A stretch of 20,000 bases of DNA, taken from sequence record SRR2962707_440; one strand, given 5' to 3'. Every line of letters begins with the position of its first letter. Positions within the stretch are counted from its first letter, which is position 1. Of this stretch, positions 1 to 10,019 are shown one piece after another. The translations under genes and the position numbers were made by a program. The notes under the pieces are model-generated. The model saw only the letters and a list, made by a program, of their open reading frames with translations. It did no database searches and had not been told where the DNA came from.

Positions 1-422
1 CAGGCAAAAAACTCGGCATTGGCGGCGATGATGCGCCAGATGCTGAATCAATTAAAAAAGAACTCGAATCACACGGTTTGGGCACAGATAAAGTTGAAGT
101 TGCGGTTGTTGATGACAAAGTTGTTCTCAAAGGCGCTGTTAAAGATCAATCAATCTTTGAAAAAGCAATTGTCGCTGTTGGTAACACGCTGGGAATTTCT
201 TCAGTTGAAGCGGCTGATTTGGAAGTCGACGGCGCCGCTGCTGGTGAGCCAACATTCCACACAGTGGAAAAGGGTGACACACTTTGGGCTGTTGCTGAAA
301 AAGCCTATGGCAAAGGCAAAGGCCCAAAATACGAAGTTATTTTTGAAGCCAATAAGCCAATGCTGACGCACCCAGATAAAATCTATCCTGGTCAAGTGCT
401 TCGTATTCCAGCGCTCGACTAA
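1..422 (+). CDS. BON-LysM protein (Kbp/YgaU-like K+-binding/peptidoglycan-binding protein), 5' end outside window
   Basis: The frame of ORF 78..422 is open back to position 3 (GKKLGIGGDDAPDAESIKKELESHGLG...), so the true start lies upstream of the window. A BON-like segment (VVLKGAV...AVGNTLGISSV) is followed by a LysM domain (HTVEKGDTLWAVAEKAYG...IFEANKPMLTHPDKIYPGQVLRIP). Confidence 0.9.
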   Translation, partial: GKKLGIGGDDAPDAESIKKELESHGLGTDKVEVAVVDDKVVLKGAVKDQSIFEKAIVAVGNTLGISSVEAADLEVDGAAAGEPTFHTVEKGDTLWAVAEKAYGKGKGPKYEVIFEANKPMLTHPDKIYPGQVLRIPALD

Positions 423-433
423 TCATTCAAAAG

Positions 434-464
434 TTTGCCGCTCGTTGATATAGCGGGCGGCAAA
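434..464. terminator. GC-rich hairpin between the LysM gene and alkB (possible terminator or RNA stabiliser)
   Basis: TTTGCCGCTCGTT-GATAT-AGCGGGCGGCAAA forms a 13-bp stem with two G-U pairs on the + strand. There is no U-tract after the stem on the + strand. Confidence 0.45.
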
Positions 465-472
465 AATCATCT

Positions 473-1093
473 GTGTTACAAGTTTCCGACGGAATTTTCT
501 ATTTTCCCAGTTTTCTCGATCTAGGCGAACAGCAAAACCTAGTCGAAGAAATTCGGCAGATCGTCGCTCAAGCCCCTCTTTATACGCCGATTATGCCCCG
601 CACTGGAAAACCAATGAGCGTGCGCATGACCAATTGCGGCTCACTTGGATGGGTGACCGATAAAGAGCGCGGCTACCGCTACCAAAAAATGCATCCGGTG
701 AGCGGCCACCCATGGCCAGCAATTCCCGACACTTTGCTCTCACTTTGGTCTGAACTGGCTAATTATGAGCACAAACCAGAGGCGTGCCTAATCAATTTTT
801 ATGAGGCAGCGGCCAAAATGGGCCTTCATCAAGACCGCGATGAGGAAAATTTTGACGCGCCGGTGGTTTCGATATCTTTGGGTGATAGCTGCTTATTCCG
901 CATTGCCAATAAAACGCGCGGCGGGCCTTCACAATCACTCAAACTTCATTCAGGCGATGCGATCATATTGAGCGGGAAAGGGCGACTTGCTTTTCACGGC
1001 GTTGATCGGATTTACCCAGATACATCAACACTTTTGAAAAATTCTGGCCGGATCAATTTAACGCTTAGGCGCGTAACGAAGGCCCAAAGCTAG
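473..1093 (+). CDS. alkB: AlkB-family alpha-ketoglutarate/Fe(II)-dependent dioxygenase (alkylated DNA/RNA repair)
   Basis: [23 protein letters not shown], HxD motif (MGLHQDRDE), distal His (AFHGV) and RINLTLR. GTG start. Confidence 0.93.
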   Translation: MLQVSDGIFYFPSFLDLGEQQNLVEEIRQIVAQAPLYTPIMPRTGKPMSVRMTNCGSLGWVTDKERGYRYQKMHPVSGHPWPAIPDTLLSLWSELANYEHKPEACLINFYEAAAKMGLHQDRDEENFDAPVVSISLGDSCLFRIANKTRGGPSQSLKLHSGDAIILSGKGRLAFHGVDRIYPDTSTLLKNSGRINLTLRRVTKAQS

Positions 1094-2133
1094 AGTTTGC
1101 GCAATAAGACAGATTCGACCAAATGGTTTGAACCTTTGCGCAAAATCAGATCTGCGCGTGGGCGGGTCGGTAAAATATTCTCATTCAAATTTTTCAAATT
1201 GATATTCGCCCAAAGTGATTCAGCAACCGCCTTTGCGGCCTCTTTAGACAATTGCGTATAGCGATGGAAAAATGAACGTGGGTCGATAAATGCCGTGTCT
1301 CGCAGACGCATGAAGCGCTCAATATACCAAGAGTGGATCAGCTCATCATCGGCATCGATATAAATCGAGAAGTCAAAGAAGTCAGAAACAAAAGGAACCG
1401 CACGCCCATCTTCAGGCAATTTACTCACCTGAAGAACATTGATGCCCTCAAAAATAAGAATGTCTGGTTGATGGACCGTCTGTTTTTCATCGGGCAAAAC
1501 ATCATAAATAAGATGCGAGTAAAGCGGCGCTTCAACATCGGATTTCCCCGCTTTAATCTCAGACAAAAACCGCAAAACAGCGCCAATATCATAGCTTTCT
1601 GGAAAGCCTTTTCGCTCCATTAGTTCGCGCTTACGCAGTTCCGCATTCGGCAGCAAAAAACCATCGGTTGTCACCAAATCAACCTTCGGGCTGGTTGGCC
1701 AGCGCTGCAAAAGTTCTTTCAAAATACGCGCCGTCGTGGATTTTCCCACAGCAACAGAACCGGCAACACCAATGATAAACGGGGTTTTTTGCGCGCCCGT
1801 CACATTCAAGAAACCTTTTCGCTCCTCAAATAGAGACTGCGTTGCCGCCACATGGGCATAGAGCAACCGCGATAAGGAGAGATAAATGCGGCGTACTTCG
1901 TCCAAATCAACAGGGTCGTTCAAAGAACGAAGGCGCGTAACCTCATCCTGTGACAATGTGAGCGGCGTATCGGCGCGAAATTCAGCCCATTCATCAGCCG
2001 AAAACAATCGATAGGGCGAAAAATTTCCACCCGCCAATTGGTCGATCACAGGATCATTGCTGGGACTAGTCTGCCCGGCTTCGCTTGGATTTCTGTCTGC
2101 GTTGGTTTTTTCAGCGTTTAAGGGCCATTTCAT
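1090..2133 (-). CDS. coaA: Type I pantothenate kinase
   Basis: [13 protein letters not shown]-loop, [22 protein letters not shown] and [11 protein letters not shown]. Start overlaps the hisE stop (ATGA). Confidence 0.96.
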   Translation of the reverse strand: MKWPLNAEKTNADRNPSEAGQTSPSNDPVIDQLAGGNFSPYRLFSADEWAEFRADTPLTLSQDEVTRLRSLNDPVDLDEVRRIYLSLSRLLYAHVAATQSLFEERKGFLNVTGAQKTPFIIGVAGSVAVGKSTTARILKELLQRWPTSPKVDLVTTDGFLLPNAELRKRELMERKGFPESYDIGAVLRFLSEIKAGKSDVEAPLYSHLIYDVLPDEKQTVHQPDILIFEGINVLQVSKLPEDGRAVPFVSDFFDFSIYIDADDELIHSWYIERFMRLRDTAFIDPRSFFHRYTQLSKEAAKAVAESLWANINLKNLNENILPTRPRADLILRKGSNHLVESVLLRKL

Positions 2134-2453
2134 TTTGCTGATCGAGCCGCTTTTTCTGCCAAACCACTCTGAACAGTTCGCTTTGAAAGCTCTGAAAAGA
2201 TGTCATCTATTTTAATGCCGCGCATGTGAAGCACCACAAGCAAGTGATAAAGCAGGTCTGCTGCTTCACCGGTCAAGGCTTCATCATCTTCGCTTAAAGC
2301 GGCAATAATTGTCTCAACAGCTTCTTCGCCCAGCTTTTTAGAGGCTTTGCCCATGCCGGACGAAACCAATTTTGCTGTCCACGAAGAACCATCGGTAACG
2401 CTAGCGCGTGACGCGACGATTGTTTCCAAATCTTTTAATGAAAATTGTGTCAT
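2130..2453 (-). CDS. hisE: Phosphoribosyl-ATP pyrophosphatase
   Basis: [15 protein letters not shown] and [11 protein letters not shown] motifs; located in a his cluster. Confidence 0.96.
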   Translation of the reverse strand: MTQFSLKDLETIVASRASVTDGSSWTAKLVSSGMGKASKKLGEEAVETIIAALSEDDEALTGEAADLLYHLLVVLHMRGIKIDDIFSELSKRTVQSGLAEKAARSAK

Positions 2454-2457
2454 GCGC

Positions 2458-3243
2458 TCAAGCCATTGGATCTAGTCGAACATTTATACCGGCATTGGCC
2501 ATAAATGTCTTGGCCTCTTGTATCGTATAAGTGCCGAAATGGAAAATCGAAGCGGCCAGAACGCCCGTTGCGTGACCTTCGCGGACACCTTCAACCAAAT
2601 GCTGCAACTCACCAACTCCGCCCGAAGCAATGACCGGCACACGCACAGCGTCTGCGACCGCGCGGGTTAAAGGCAAATTATAGCCGATTTTTGTGCCATC
2701 ACGGTCCATTGAAGTCAGGAGGATTTCACCCGCCCCCAGCGCCACGACTTTTTGTGCAAATTCAACCGCATCAATGCCTGTTGGTGTGCGGCCGCCATGG
2801 GTAAATATTTCCCAGCGCGGCTCTTCGCCGTCTTTGGAAACTGTCTTTGCGTCAATGGCAACAACAATGCACTGATTGCCAAATTTATCGGCAGCTTCTG
2901 CAACCAATTCAGGACGATTAACAGCAGCTGTGTTGATAGACACCTTATCCGCACCTGCGAGCAATAATTTGCGCACATCTTCGACAGCGCGAACGCCGCC
3001 GCCAACGGTGAGCGGCATGAAACATTGTTCCGCCGTGCGCGAGATAACATCATACATCGTGTCGCGATTGTCCGATGATGCTGTAATATCGAGAAAGCAC
3101 AACTCATCAGCGCCAGCGGCGTCATAGGCTTTTGCCGCTTCAACAGGGTCGCCGGCGTCGATTAAATCAACAAAATTGACGCCTTTCACGACGCGGCCAT
3201 CTTTTACATCAAGGCAAGGAATGATGCGGGCTTTAAGGCTCAT
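2458..3243 (-). CDS. hisF: Imidazole glycerol phosphate synthase, cyclase subunit
   Basis: [54 protein letters not shown] and ASIFHF. Confidence 0.98.
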   Translation of the reverse strand: MSLKARIIPCLDVKDGRVVKGVNFVDLIDAGDPVEAAKAYDAAGADELCFLDITASSDNRDTMYDVISRTAEQCFMPLTVGGGVRAVEDVRKLLLAGADKVSINTAAVNRPELVAEAADKFGNQCIVVAIDAKTVSKDGEEPRWEIFTHGGRTPTGIDAVEFAQKVVALGAGEILLTSMDRDGTKIGYNLPLTRAVADAVRVPVIASGGVGELQHLVEGVREGHATGVLAASIFHFGTYTIQEAKTFMANAGINVRLDPMA

Positions 3244-3974
3244 TGGTTCAACACCTTTAATGCTTCAGCCGGATCGATGCGGCCATCATAAAGTGCACGG
3301 CCAGAAATTGCGCCTTCCAGCTTAATGGCATCTGGCATTGTCATGCGCACAATGTCTGCCATTGAGGCAAGACCGCCCGATGCAATAACTGGAATTGAAA
3401 CATCATCGGCCAGCGCGATCGTCGATTCCCAATTAATGCCGGTGAGCACACCATCGCGGTCAATATCAGTGTAAATAATGGCGGCAACGCCAGCGCCCTC
3501 AAAGCGCTGCGCCATTTCCGTAATGCCAAGCTCGGAGGCTTCGGCCCAGCCTTCAACGGCAACTTTGCCGCCTTTTGCATCAATGCCGACGGCAACTTGA
3601 CCTGGGAACTTTTTACACGCTTCCATCACAAGCGCAGGATCACGCACCGCAACTGTGCCCAAAATAACGCGGGTTAGACCTTTCGAAAGCCAGTTTTCAA
3701 TATGGGCTAATGTGCGAATGCCGCCGCCCAGTTGCACTGGATTTTTGGTCGCTTTTAAAATTTCCTCAACCGCTGCGCCATTCACGCTTTGACCCTCAAA
3801 AGCACCATTGAGATCAACGACATGAAGCCAGTTAAATCCGGCATCTTCAAATGCTTTGGCCTGATTGGCGGGGCTATCATTATAGATCGTTGCCTGATCC
3901 ATATCGCCCAATTTGAGGCGCACACATTGGCCATCTTTAAGATCAATGGCAGGAAAGAGAATTTTAGCTGCCAT
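3240..3974 (-). CDS. hisA: ProFAR isomerase
   Basis: [37 protein letters not shown] and GRALYDG. Confidence 0.97.
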   Translation of the reverse strand: MAAKILFPAIDLKDGQCVRLKLGDMDQATIYNDSPANQAKAFEDAGFNWLHVVDLNGAFEGQSVNGAAVEEILKATKNPVQLGGGIRTLAHIENWLSKGLTRVILGTVAVRDPALVMEACKKFPGQVAVGIDAKGGKVAVEGWAEASELGITEMAQRFEGAGVAAIIYTDIDRDGVLTGINWESTIALADDVSIPVIASGGLASMADIVRMTMPDAIKLEGAISGRALYDGRIDPAEALKVLNQ

Positions 3975-3977
3975 GAT

Positions 3978-4628
3978 TTAAGGCTTCCATTTTAAGAAAT
4001 TAGTGATGAGCGCTAAGCCCAAAAGCTGGCTTTTTTCAGGATGAAACTGCGTGCCAAACATATTATCGCGCAAAACTGCTGCCGTGATCGGTCCGCCATA
4101 GTCAGCGGTCGCGATCACCTCTTCAGGGTTTTGAGCGGCTAAGTGATAGGAGTGAACGAAATAAGCGTGAAGGCCATCTGGTCCGGTATGAATACCATCA
4201 AACAAGGCATGATCGCGGGTCAGATCAATCGTGTTCCAGCCAATTTGCGGGATACGCAATTCTGGATCATTGGGCACCATTTCAACGACGTCGCCTTTGA
4301 TCCAATCAAAGCCTGCGGTCGTGGTTTTTTCCAGTCCGAGCGACGACATCAATTGCATACCAACGCAAATGCCAAAAAACGGTCGCCCTTTTTGGATCAC
4401 CACTTCTTCAATGGCATCGCGCATACCGACAACTTTGGAAAGGCCCGCAGCGCAATCGGCATAGGCGCCAACCCCGGGCAATACGATACGGTCCGCTTTT
4501 GCGACAATATCCGCATCATCCGTCAAAATAATTTCAGCATCAATACCCGCTTCTCGTGCGGCGCGCTCGAAGCTTTTCGTCGCAGAGCGCAGATTGCCCG
4601 ATCCATAATCTATGATCGCTAGTTTCAT
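3978..4628 (-). CDS. hisH: Imidazole glycerol phosphate synthase, glutaminase subunit
   Basis: IIDYGSGNLRS, LPGVGA, nucleophile Cys in GICVGMQ, YFVHSY and QFHPEKS. Confidence 0.97.
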   Translation of the reverse strand: MKLAIIDYGSGNLRSATKSFERAAREAGIDAEIILTDDADIVAKADRIVLPGVGAYADCAAGLSKVVGMRDAIEEVVIQKGRPFFGICVGMQLMSSLGLEKTTTAGFDWIKGDVVEMVPNDPELRIPQIGWNTIDLTRDHALFDGIHTGPDGLHAYFVHSYHLAAQNPEEVIATADYGGPITAAVLRDNMFGTQFHPEKSQLLGLALITNFLKWKP

Positions 4629-5095
4629 CGTTTAGTTCCAGTTGAGCCTAGGATCAAATCATCCTGAATATTATTTGACGGTGCGTCTATGAGCTTACCG
4701 CGTGGTTTTTGCGGCGCTTCATTGGCCGGTTGGTGCATCGCAAATCTTAGCTGAGCCTCATTGAGGTTATTTGCATCAATGACATCGGTTTGAATATAGC
4801 CCTTGAGAAGCAGCGTTTTGATACGCCACGCAGGACCTTCCAGCGCAACGAACGCAGAAACGAGAATCCCCAAAATGTAGACTAAGGGCACTAAGTTGAT
4901 GTTTTGAGCTAACGCAAAAAGCATGCCGCAGGCCAATAAAACCAACCCCGCATGAAACCAAAGACGGTTCCAGAGCAACCAAATCAAAGGCATGATAAAT
5001 GCGACAACAGAAAATGCATCACGCACAAATACGGTATTTTCTAACCCGTTATGTGATGATGCATCTGCATGGCGCAATACAACAAAGCTTGCCAT
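4625..5095 (-). CDS. Small membrane protein, DUF2628-like
   Basis: FVRDAFSVVAFIMPLIWLLWNRLW followed by hydrophobic helices. A gene of this type between hisB and hisH is what I recall for Rhizobiales. Stop overlaps the hisH start. Confidence 0.75.
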   Translation of the reverse strand: MASFVVLRHADASSHNGLENTVFVRDAFSVVAFIMPLIWLLWNRLWFHAGLVLLACGMLFALAQNINLVPLVYILGILVSAFVALEGPAWRIKTLLLKGYIQTDVIDANNLNEAQLRFAMHQPANEAPQKPRGKLIDAPSNNIQDDLILGSTGTKR

Positions 5096-5098
5096 GAA

Positions 5099-5698
5099 TT
5101 ATCCGTTCAAGGTTCCCTTGGTGGAAGGAATGCGATCTGCTTGGCGAGGGTCGATTTCAACCGACGTGCGAAGAACCCGCGCAACGGCTTTAAAGCATGT
5201 TTCCGCGATATGATGGCTGTTGGCCGCATAGTGATTTTTCACATGCAAGGTGATGCCAGCGTGCTGTGACAGCGCTTGGAAGAACTCGCGCACCAATTCG
5301 GTGTCAAAAGTGCCAATTTTGGGCGCGGTGAACTCAACATTCCAAACCAGAAATGGACGACCTGAAACATCAATGGCAGCAGATGTCATTGCTTCGTCCA
5401 TTGCCAAATCAAGGCTGGCATAGCGTGCCACGCCGCGGCGTTCGCCCAGCGCTTTAGAAATTGCCTGCCCGATCGCAATGCCTGTATCTTCCACAGTGTG
5501 GTGATCATCAATGTGCAAATCGCCTTTGGCGACGATATTCATATCAATCAACGAATGGCGTGAAAGCTGCTCAAGCATGTGATCGAAAAAGCCAATGCCC
5601 GTTTCAATCTTATTTTTGCCTGTGCCATCTAAATCCACTGATACAGAAATTTCTGTCTCATTGGTTTTGCGACTTACATCTGCCTTACGCACGCTCAT
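5099..5698 (-). CDS. hisB: Imidazoleglycerol-phosphate dehydratase
   Basis: [38 protein letters not shown] and PSTKG. The ATG at 5698 (MSVRKA), preceded by GGGA, is preferred over the TTG at 5725. Confidence 0.96.
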   Translation of the reverse strand: MSVRKADVSRKTNETEISVSVDLDGTGKNKIETGIGFFDHMLEQLSRHSLIDMNIVAKGDLHIDDHHTVEDTGIAIGQAISKALGERRGVARYASLDLAMDEAMTSAAIDVSGRPFLVWNVEFTAPKIGTFDTELVREFFQALSQHAGITLHVKNHYAANSHHIAETCFKAVARVLRTSVEIDPRQADRIPSTKGTLNG

Positions 5699-5784
5699 GA
5701 TAAGTTCCCATAAATAAGGGGCCAAAACTAAATTGCCTCATACCAAGGCTTTAGCACAATTGCCAGCAGAACAAACAAACATGG

Positions 5785-5812
5785 TTTGCATTAATATTTT
5801 GGCTGCCTACAT
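5785..5812 (+). promoter_or_regulatory. Candidate RpoH (sigma32) promoter of the hslV operon
   Basis: TTTGCA-N15-CCTACAT resembles the rhizobial RpoH consensus CTTGAA-N15/16-CCTATAT. hslVU is a classical heat-shock operon. Confidence 0.6.
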
Positions 5813-5847
5813 AGTTACCAAGTCTATTTCAAATGAAGGATCTCAAA

Positions 5848-6411
5848 ATGAGCGAACGCGGCGGATTACCCTCAATGCACGCAACCACAATTGTTACCGT
5901 TCGCAAGGGCAACAAAGTGGTTGTCGCAGGCGACGGCCAAGTAAGCCTTGGTCAAACAGTGATGAAAGGCAATGCACGAAAAGTGCGCCGTATTGGCAAA
6001 AATAGCGAAGTTATCGCTGGTTTTGCAGGCGCAACAGCTGATGCTTTTACGCTAATGGAGCGTTTGGAGCGCAAATTAGAGCAATATCCAGATCAATTGA
6101 TGCGGGCGGCAGTGGAACTTGCCAAAGATTGGCGCATGGACAAATATCTGCGCAATCTAGAAGCGATGATGCTCGTTTGCGATAAATCCGTTTCACTTTG
6201 CATCACCGGCAATGGCGATGTTTTAGAGCCAGAGCACGGCGTCATGGCCATCGGTTCAGGCGGTAATTTTGCCTTGGCGGCAGCCCGTGCCTTACAAGAC
6301 ACGGACTATGACGCAGAAGAAATAGCGCGCCGAGCGATGAAAATTGCCTCAGAAATATGTGTCTATACCAATGATAGTTTGGTAATCGAGACGCTGGATA
6401 TTGACGATTAA
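5848..6411 (+). CDS. hslV: ATP-dependent protease peptidase subunit HslV
   Basis: [10 protein letters not shown] (catalytic Thr after a short propeptide), [23 protein letters not shown] and ICVYTN. AAGGA at 5836-5840 supports the ATG at 5848. Confidence 0.97.
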   Translation: MSERGGLPSMHATTIVTVRKGNKVVVAGDGQVSLGQTVMKGNARKVRRIGKNSEVIAGFAGATADAFTLMERLERKLEQYPDQLMRAAVELAKDWRMDKYLRNLEAMMLVCDKSVSLCITGNGDVLEPEHGVMAIGSGGNFALAAARALQDTDYDAEEIARRAMKIASEICVYTNDSLVIETLDIDD

Positions 6412-6455
6412 CACCAATATCGCCGTCTTCACTCTTCTGGTCCATAGGAACAACC

Positions 6456-7625
6456 ATGCTAACTGAAGCTCAACTAGACGAAGCGGTAAAACGCGGCACG
6501 ATCAGCGCTGAGCAAAGGGCAGACCTCATTGCTCTTGCGACAAATGAAGAATTAGCGCGAGCGCCGCAAAGTGACGAAGCCATCAATGATGAGGATTTGC
6601 GGCTTGTTGGCGGGGGTAATGATCTTTTTGTCACTGTTGGCATTGTGCTTTTATTTGCCGGCATCTTTTTTGGGCTGAAGGCATTTTTTCCGCATATTGA
6701 AACCGCGCCAACGATCATTCTGGCGGTTTTATTTTGGGCGGTGGCCGAATTTGTTACCCGTCAATACCGCATGAAACTATCTTCTACCGTTTTGGGTGTG
6801 GGTTTCATCGCCTGCATTGGCACTTTGCTCGGCATTTATATTAGCGGTTTTGTCGATATTGCGGGCATCCAAAATAATCCTGCTTTGGCGTTTAGCCTTA
6901 GACCTGTCATCGGTTCTTATGGCAGCGCGTTTTTTGGCGGTATTGCGCTGGCTGCCGCTCTTTATTTATGGCGCTTTCGCGTGCCAATCATGGCGGCAAT
7001 TATCGCTGTTAGCCTAACAGGCCTCGCCTTTATGTGGACGTTTTTATTTTTCTATGACGGTGTGACGACTGGCGCTGTTCAGCTGCCAACATCTGAGCAA
7101 ATTCCGCTTGTCCTAGAGCGCGCGCTCTATATGCCGCTCATCTGCGGCATGCTGGTTTTTGCCACAGCTGTTTATCTCGATCTGCGCGATCGCGAGCGAT
7201 TTACCGTCTGGTCTGACTGTGCTTTTTGGCTTCATGTTATTTCAGCGCCGCTTTTGGTGCATCCGCTCTTTATTTTGGCGACAGGCCAAGAAGTGGTTTT
7301 CGGGACGATTGAACCAGGTCTATCCGCATCGATCTTACTTGGGCTTCTGATTGTTGGGTTTGTCTATGTTGCTTTGGCGATCGACCGGCGCTCGCTGCTT
7401 ATTCCAACGCTCGCTTATTTCGGCTCTTTGGGCATTTACAACATGGTCAAAGGCACTGCTGAAACGGCAGGATTGCCACCTTTTGCTTTGATTTTGTTGG
7501 CTATTGGCTTGTTGGTAATTTTGTTTGGTGCAGGCTGGCAGCGCATTCGCGCCTTGATTATTTGGCCTAGCCTTCCCACATCGGTGACGAATAGATTGCC
7601 ACCAATTAGGTTGATTAAGAAATGA
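6456..7625 (+). CDS. Uncharacterised polytopic inner-membrane protein (about 11-12 hydrophobic segments)
   Basis: 389-aa ORF with an AGGA SD. A hydrophilic N-terminus is followed by repeated hydrophobic helices, with motifs [27 protein letters not shown] and LAIDRRSLL. Stop overlaps the hslU start (ATGA). Confidence 0.85.
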   Translation: MLTEAQLDEAVKRGTISAEQRADLIALATNEELARAPQSDEAINDEDLRLVGGGNDLFVTVGIVLLFAGIFFGLKAFFPHIETAPTIILAVLFWAVAEFVTRQYRMKLSSTVLGVGFIACIGTLLGIYISGFVDIAGIQNNPALAFSLRPVIGSYGSAFFGGIALAAALYLWRFRVPIMAAIIAVSLTGLAFMWTFLFFYDGVTTGAVQLPTSEQIPLVLERALYMPLICGMLVFATAVYLDLRDRERFTVWSDCAFWLHVISAPLLVHPLFILATGQEVVFGTIEPGLSASILLGLLIVGFVYVALAIDRRSLLIPTLAYFGSLGIYNMVKGTAETAGLPPFALILLAIGLLVILFGAGWQRIRALIIWPSLPTSVTNRLPPIRLIKK

Positions 7626-8920
7626 CCGTATTTTCTCCCCGTGAAACTGTATCAGAGCTAGACCGCCATATTATCGGTCAAAATGACGCCAAACGTGCGG
7701 TGGCGATTGCCCTGCGTAACCGCTGGCGCCGCCTGCAGCTTGATGATGATCTTCGCGAAGAAGTGATGCCTAAAAACATCTTGATGATTGGACCGACCGG
7801 TGTTGGTAAAACCGAAATTTCTCGCCGTCTCGCCAAGCTTGTTGGCGCGCCATTTATTAAAATCGAAGCGACCAAATTCACAGAAGTTGGCTATGTCGGC
7901 CGAGATGTTGAGCAAATCATCCGTGATCTCGTAGAGATTGGTATCGGGTTGGTGCGTGAAAAAAAGCGCTCTGAAGTTACCGCCAAGGCCCAAGTTAACG
8001 CCGAAGAACGCGTGCTGGATGCATTGGTTGGTTCAACATCGAGCCCAGCAACGCGCGATAGCTTTCGCACGAAGCTCCGCACCGGCGCACTGGATGAAAA
8101 AGAAATTGAAATTGAAGTGGCCGAAAGCGGCGGCGGCGGATTTGAAGTGCCCGGCATGCCTAATGGCGTCGGCATGATCAATTTGAGTGATCTTATGGGC
8201 AAGGCCCTCGGTGGACGCTCGAAAAAAATAAAAACAACTGTTCGCGAGAGCTACAAACATCTGATTGACGATGAATCAGACAAATTGCTTGATGATGAGA
8301 AAATCATCGAAGAAGCCATTCATTCCGTTGAAAATGATGGCATCGTGTTTCTCGACGAGATCGATAAAATCGCGACGAACAGCGAGCGCTCTAGCGCTGG
8401 TGTTAGCCGTGAAGGCGTGCAGCGCGATTTGTTGCCACTTGTGGAAGGAACAACCGTTGCGACAAAACATGGCCCTGTCAAAACCGACCATATTCTATTT
8501 ATTGCCTCCGGCGCATTCCATATCTCAAAGCCGTCTGATCTGCTTCCGGAATTGCAAGGTCGTTTGCCAATTCGCGTGGAGCTACAGGCGCTCACAAAAG
8601 ATGACTTTAAGCGCATTTTGACCGAAACCGAAGCAAGCTTGATCCGTCAATATATTGCGCTGATGGGTACAGAAGATGTCACGCTTGAATTTACCGATGA
8701 TGCGATTGATGCATTGGCCGATATCGCGGTGGAACTCAATTCAGCGGTTGAAAATATCGGTGCGCGCCGTCTGCAAACGGTGATGGAACGGGTTCTCGAT
8801 AAAATATCTTTTGATGCACCTGATAAGGCTGGCTCAACATTCAATATTGACGCTGAATATGTGCGTAAACATGTTGGCGAATTGGCTCGAAATGTGGATC
8901 TTTCGCGGTTTGTTTTGTAA
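7622..8920 (+). CDS. hslU: ATP-dependent protease ATPase subunit HslU
   Basis: Walker A GPTGVGKT, pore loop GYVG, Walker [17 protein letters not shown] and C-terminal DLSRFVL. Confidence 0.98.
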   Translation: MTVFSPRETVSELDRHIIGQNDAKRAVAIALRNRWRRLQLDDDLREEVMPKNILMIGPTGVGKTEISRRLAKLVGAPFIKIEATKFTEVGYVGRDVEQIIRDLVEIGIGLVREKKRSEVTAKAQVNAEERVLDALVGSTSSPATRDSFRTKLRTGALDEKEIEIEVAESGGGGFEVPGMPNGVGMINLSDLMGKALGGRSKKIKTTVRESYKHLIDDESDKLLDDEKIIEEAIHSVENDGIVFLDEIDKIATNSERSSAGVSREGVQRDLLPLVEGTTVATKHGPVKTDHILFIASGAFHISKPSDLLPELQGRLPIRVELQALTKDDFKRILTETEASLIRQYIALMGTEDVTLEFTDDAIDALADIAVELNSAVENIGARRLQTVMERVLDKISFDAPDKAGSTFNIDAEYVRKHVGELARNVDLSRFVL

Positions 8921-9022
8921 CGAACATCACGATATCGTAATTTAGAGCTTCTCGGTCTCGACTCTTTGCTTCGCATTTTCTATGGGTGGGGACCGTTTAA
9001 CCATTTTGCTTGGAGCTATTGA

Positions 9023-10015
9023 ATGAGACTTGTCTCAAAAAGTGCAATTTTGGGTACTTTTACAGGTCTTACCGTTGGTCTTTTGATCTGCGCGTCGCCT
9101 TCAATTGCAGCGAATAAATTGGCACCTGGTAACTCAAACAAAGAGCAGCCACAGATACCCGGAGCGTCTAAAAACCGAACATCCGCGCTCAATAAAACCT
9201 TTGATCAAAAATACGCTAAGGTCTTAAATTTGCTTCGCAATGATCCGCGGCTGTTATCCGATATAAAGACCGTATCCAAGCAGTTTAAAATCGACCCAAT
9301 TCATATGGTTGGCGCCATCGTAGGCGAACACACCTATAATGTTGACGCGATGGACCGCGCCCAAAGTTACTATATGAAAGCGATGTCCTATATTTCATCA
9401 AACATCAGCTTTGAGTATGACGACGAATCAATTGAAAATTTCGTGACACGGCCAGAATTTGAAAAATGCGACGATTTAAAAACTAGTTTTGCGCTTTGGT
9501 CATGCCGAGAAGATGTTTGGAATGCTAAATTCAGAGGCAAAAAGGTTGGCGACAAAAAATTCCCGAATAATCGCTTCAGCGCCGTATTTTTCCAGCCATT
9601 TTATGCTGGGCAAACTTTCGGTATCGGTCAGCTGAACCCTTTGACCGCACTGATGATGACAGACAAGGTCCACGAAGTCACCGGATCAAGGATAATTAGC
9701 GAAACCGATGGCAAAGAAGTTTACGCGACAATTATGGATCCGCGAAAAACCTTGCCTTATATTGCAGCGACACTCGCTAGCTCGATTGATGCCTACAAAC
9801 GATATGCAGGTTTCGATATTTCTGGAAACCCAGGTATAACTGCGACTTTGTATAATACCGGAGAAGCCGTAGCCCGCGCCAAAGCGCTGGGTGCAAAAAA
9901 TAAAAAACGCACAAGAGCAGGTCTTCTTCCACTACCGCCAGAAGAAAATTATTACGGGTGGCTTATCAACGAACGTGAAGACGATTTGCGCGCGCTTTTA
10001 AAAAGCGGATCGTAA
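9023..10015 (+). CDS. Secreted DUF1402-family protein; probable SLT/lysozyme-like fold
   Basis: Sec-type signal peptide (MRLVSK...hydrophobic...SPSIA/A) and GGAG SD. Family recognised from IDPIHMVGAIVGEHTYNVD, FFQPFYAGQTFGIGQ and ENYYGW. Confidence 0.85.
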   Translation: MRLVSKSAILGTFTGLTVGLLICASPSIAANKLAPGNSNKEQPQIPGASKNRTSALNKTFDQKYAKVLNLLRNDPRLLSDIKTVSKQFKIDPIHMVGAIVGEHTYNVDAMDRAQSYYMKAMSYISSNISFEYDDESIENFVTRPEFEKCDDLKTSFALWSCREDVWNAKFRGKKVGDKKFPNNRFSAVFFQPFYAGQTFGIGQLNPLTALMMTDKVHEVTGSRIISETDGKEVYATIMDPRKTLPYIAATLASSIDAYKRYAGFDISGNPGITATLYNTGEAVARAKALGAKNKKRTRAGLLPLPPEENYYGWLINEREDDLRALLKSGS

Positions 10016-10019
10016 CGCG

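Noticed and set aside
19..366. Alternative-frame ORF 19..366 and the TTG start at 78 for the LysM gene
   Set aside because: 19..366 is a shadow frame with no recognisable motifs. The LysM frame is open to the window edge, so the real start is upstream.
1090..1093. alkB and coaA stop codons overlap in CTAG
   Set aside because: A 4-nt convergent stop overlap is common and needs no special explanation.
2130..5698. Incomplete his operon (no hisG, hisD, hisC or hisI) ending in coaA
   Set aside because: Split his clusters of the form hisB-H-A-F-E-coaA are the usual arrangement in Rhizobiales.
5699..5725. N-terminal extension of HisB from the TTG at 5725
   Set aside because: The ATG at 5698 has a GGGA SD and matches the normal HisB N-terminus.
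5833..5883. HslV N-terminal extension before the catalytic Thr
   Set aside because: A short propeptide ending in MHA/TT is normal for alphaproteobacterial HslV.
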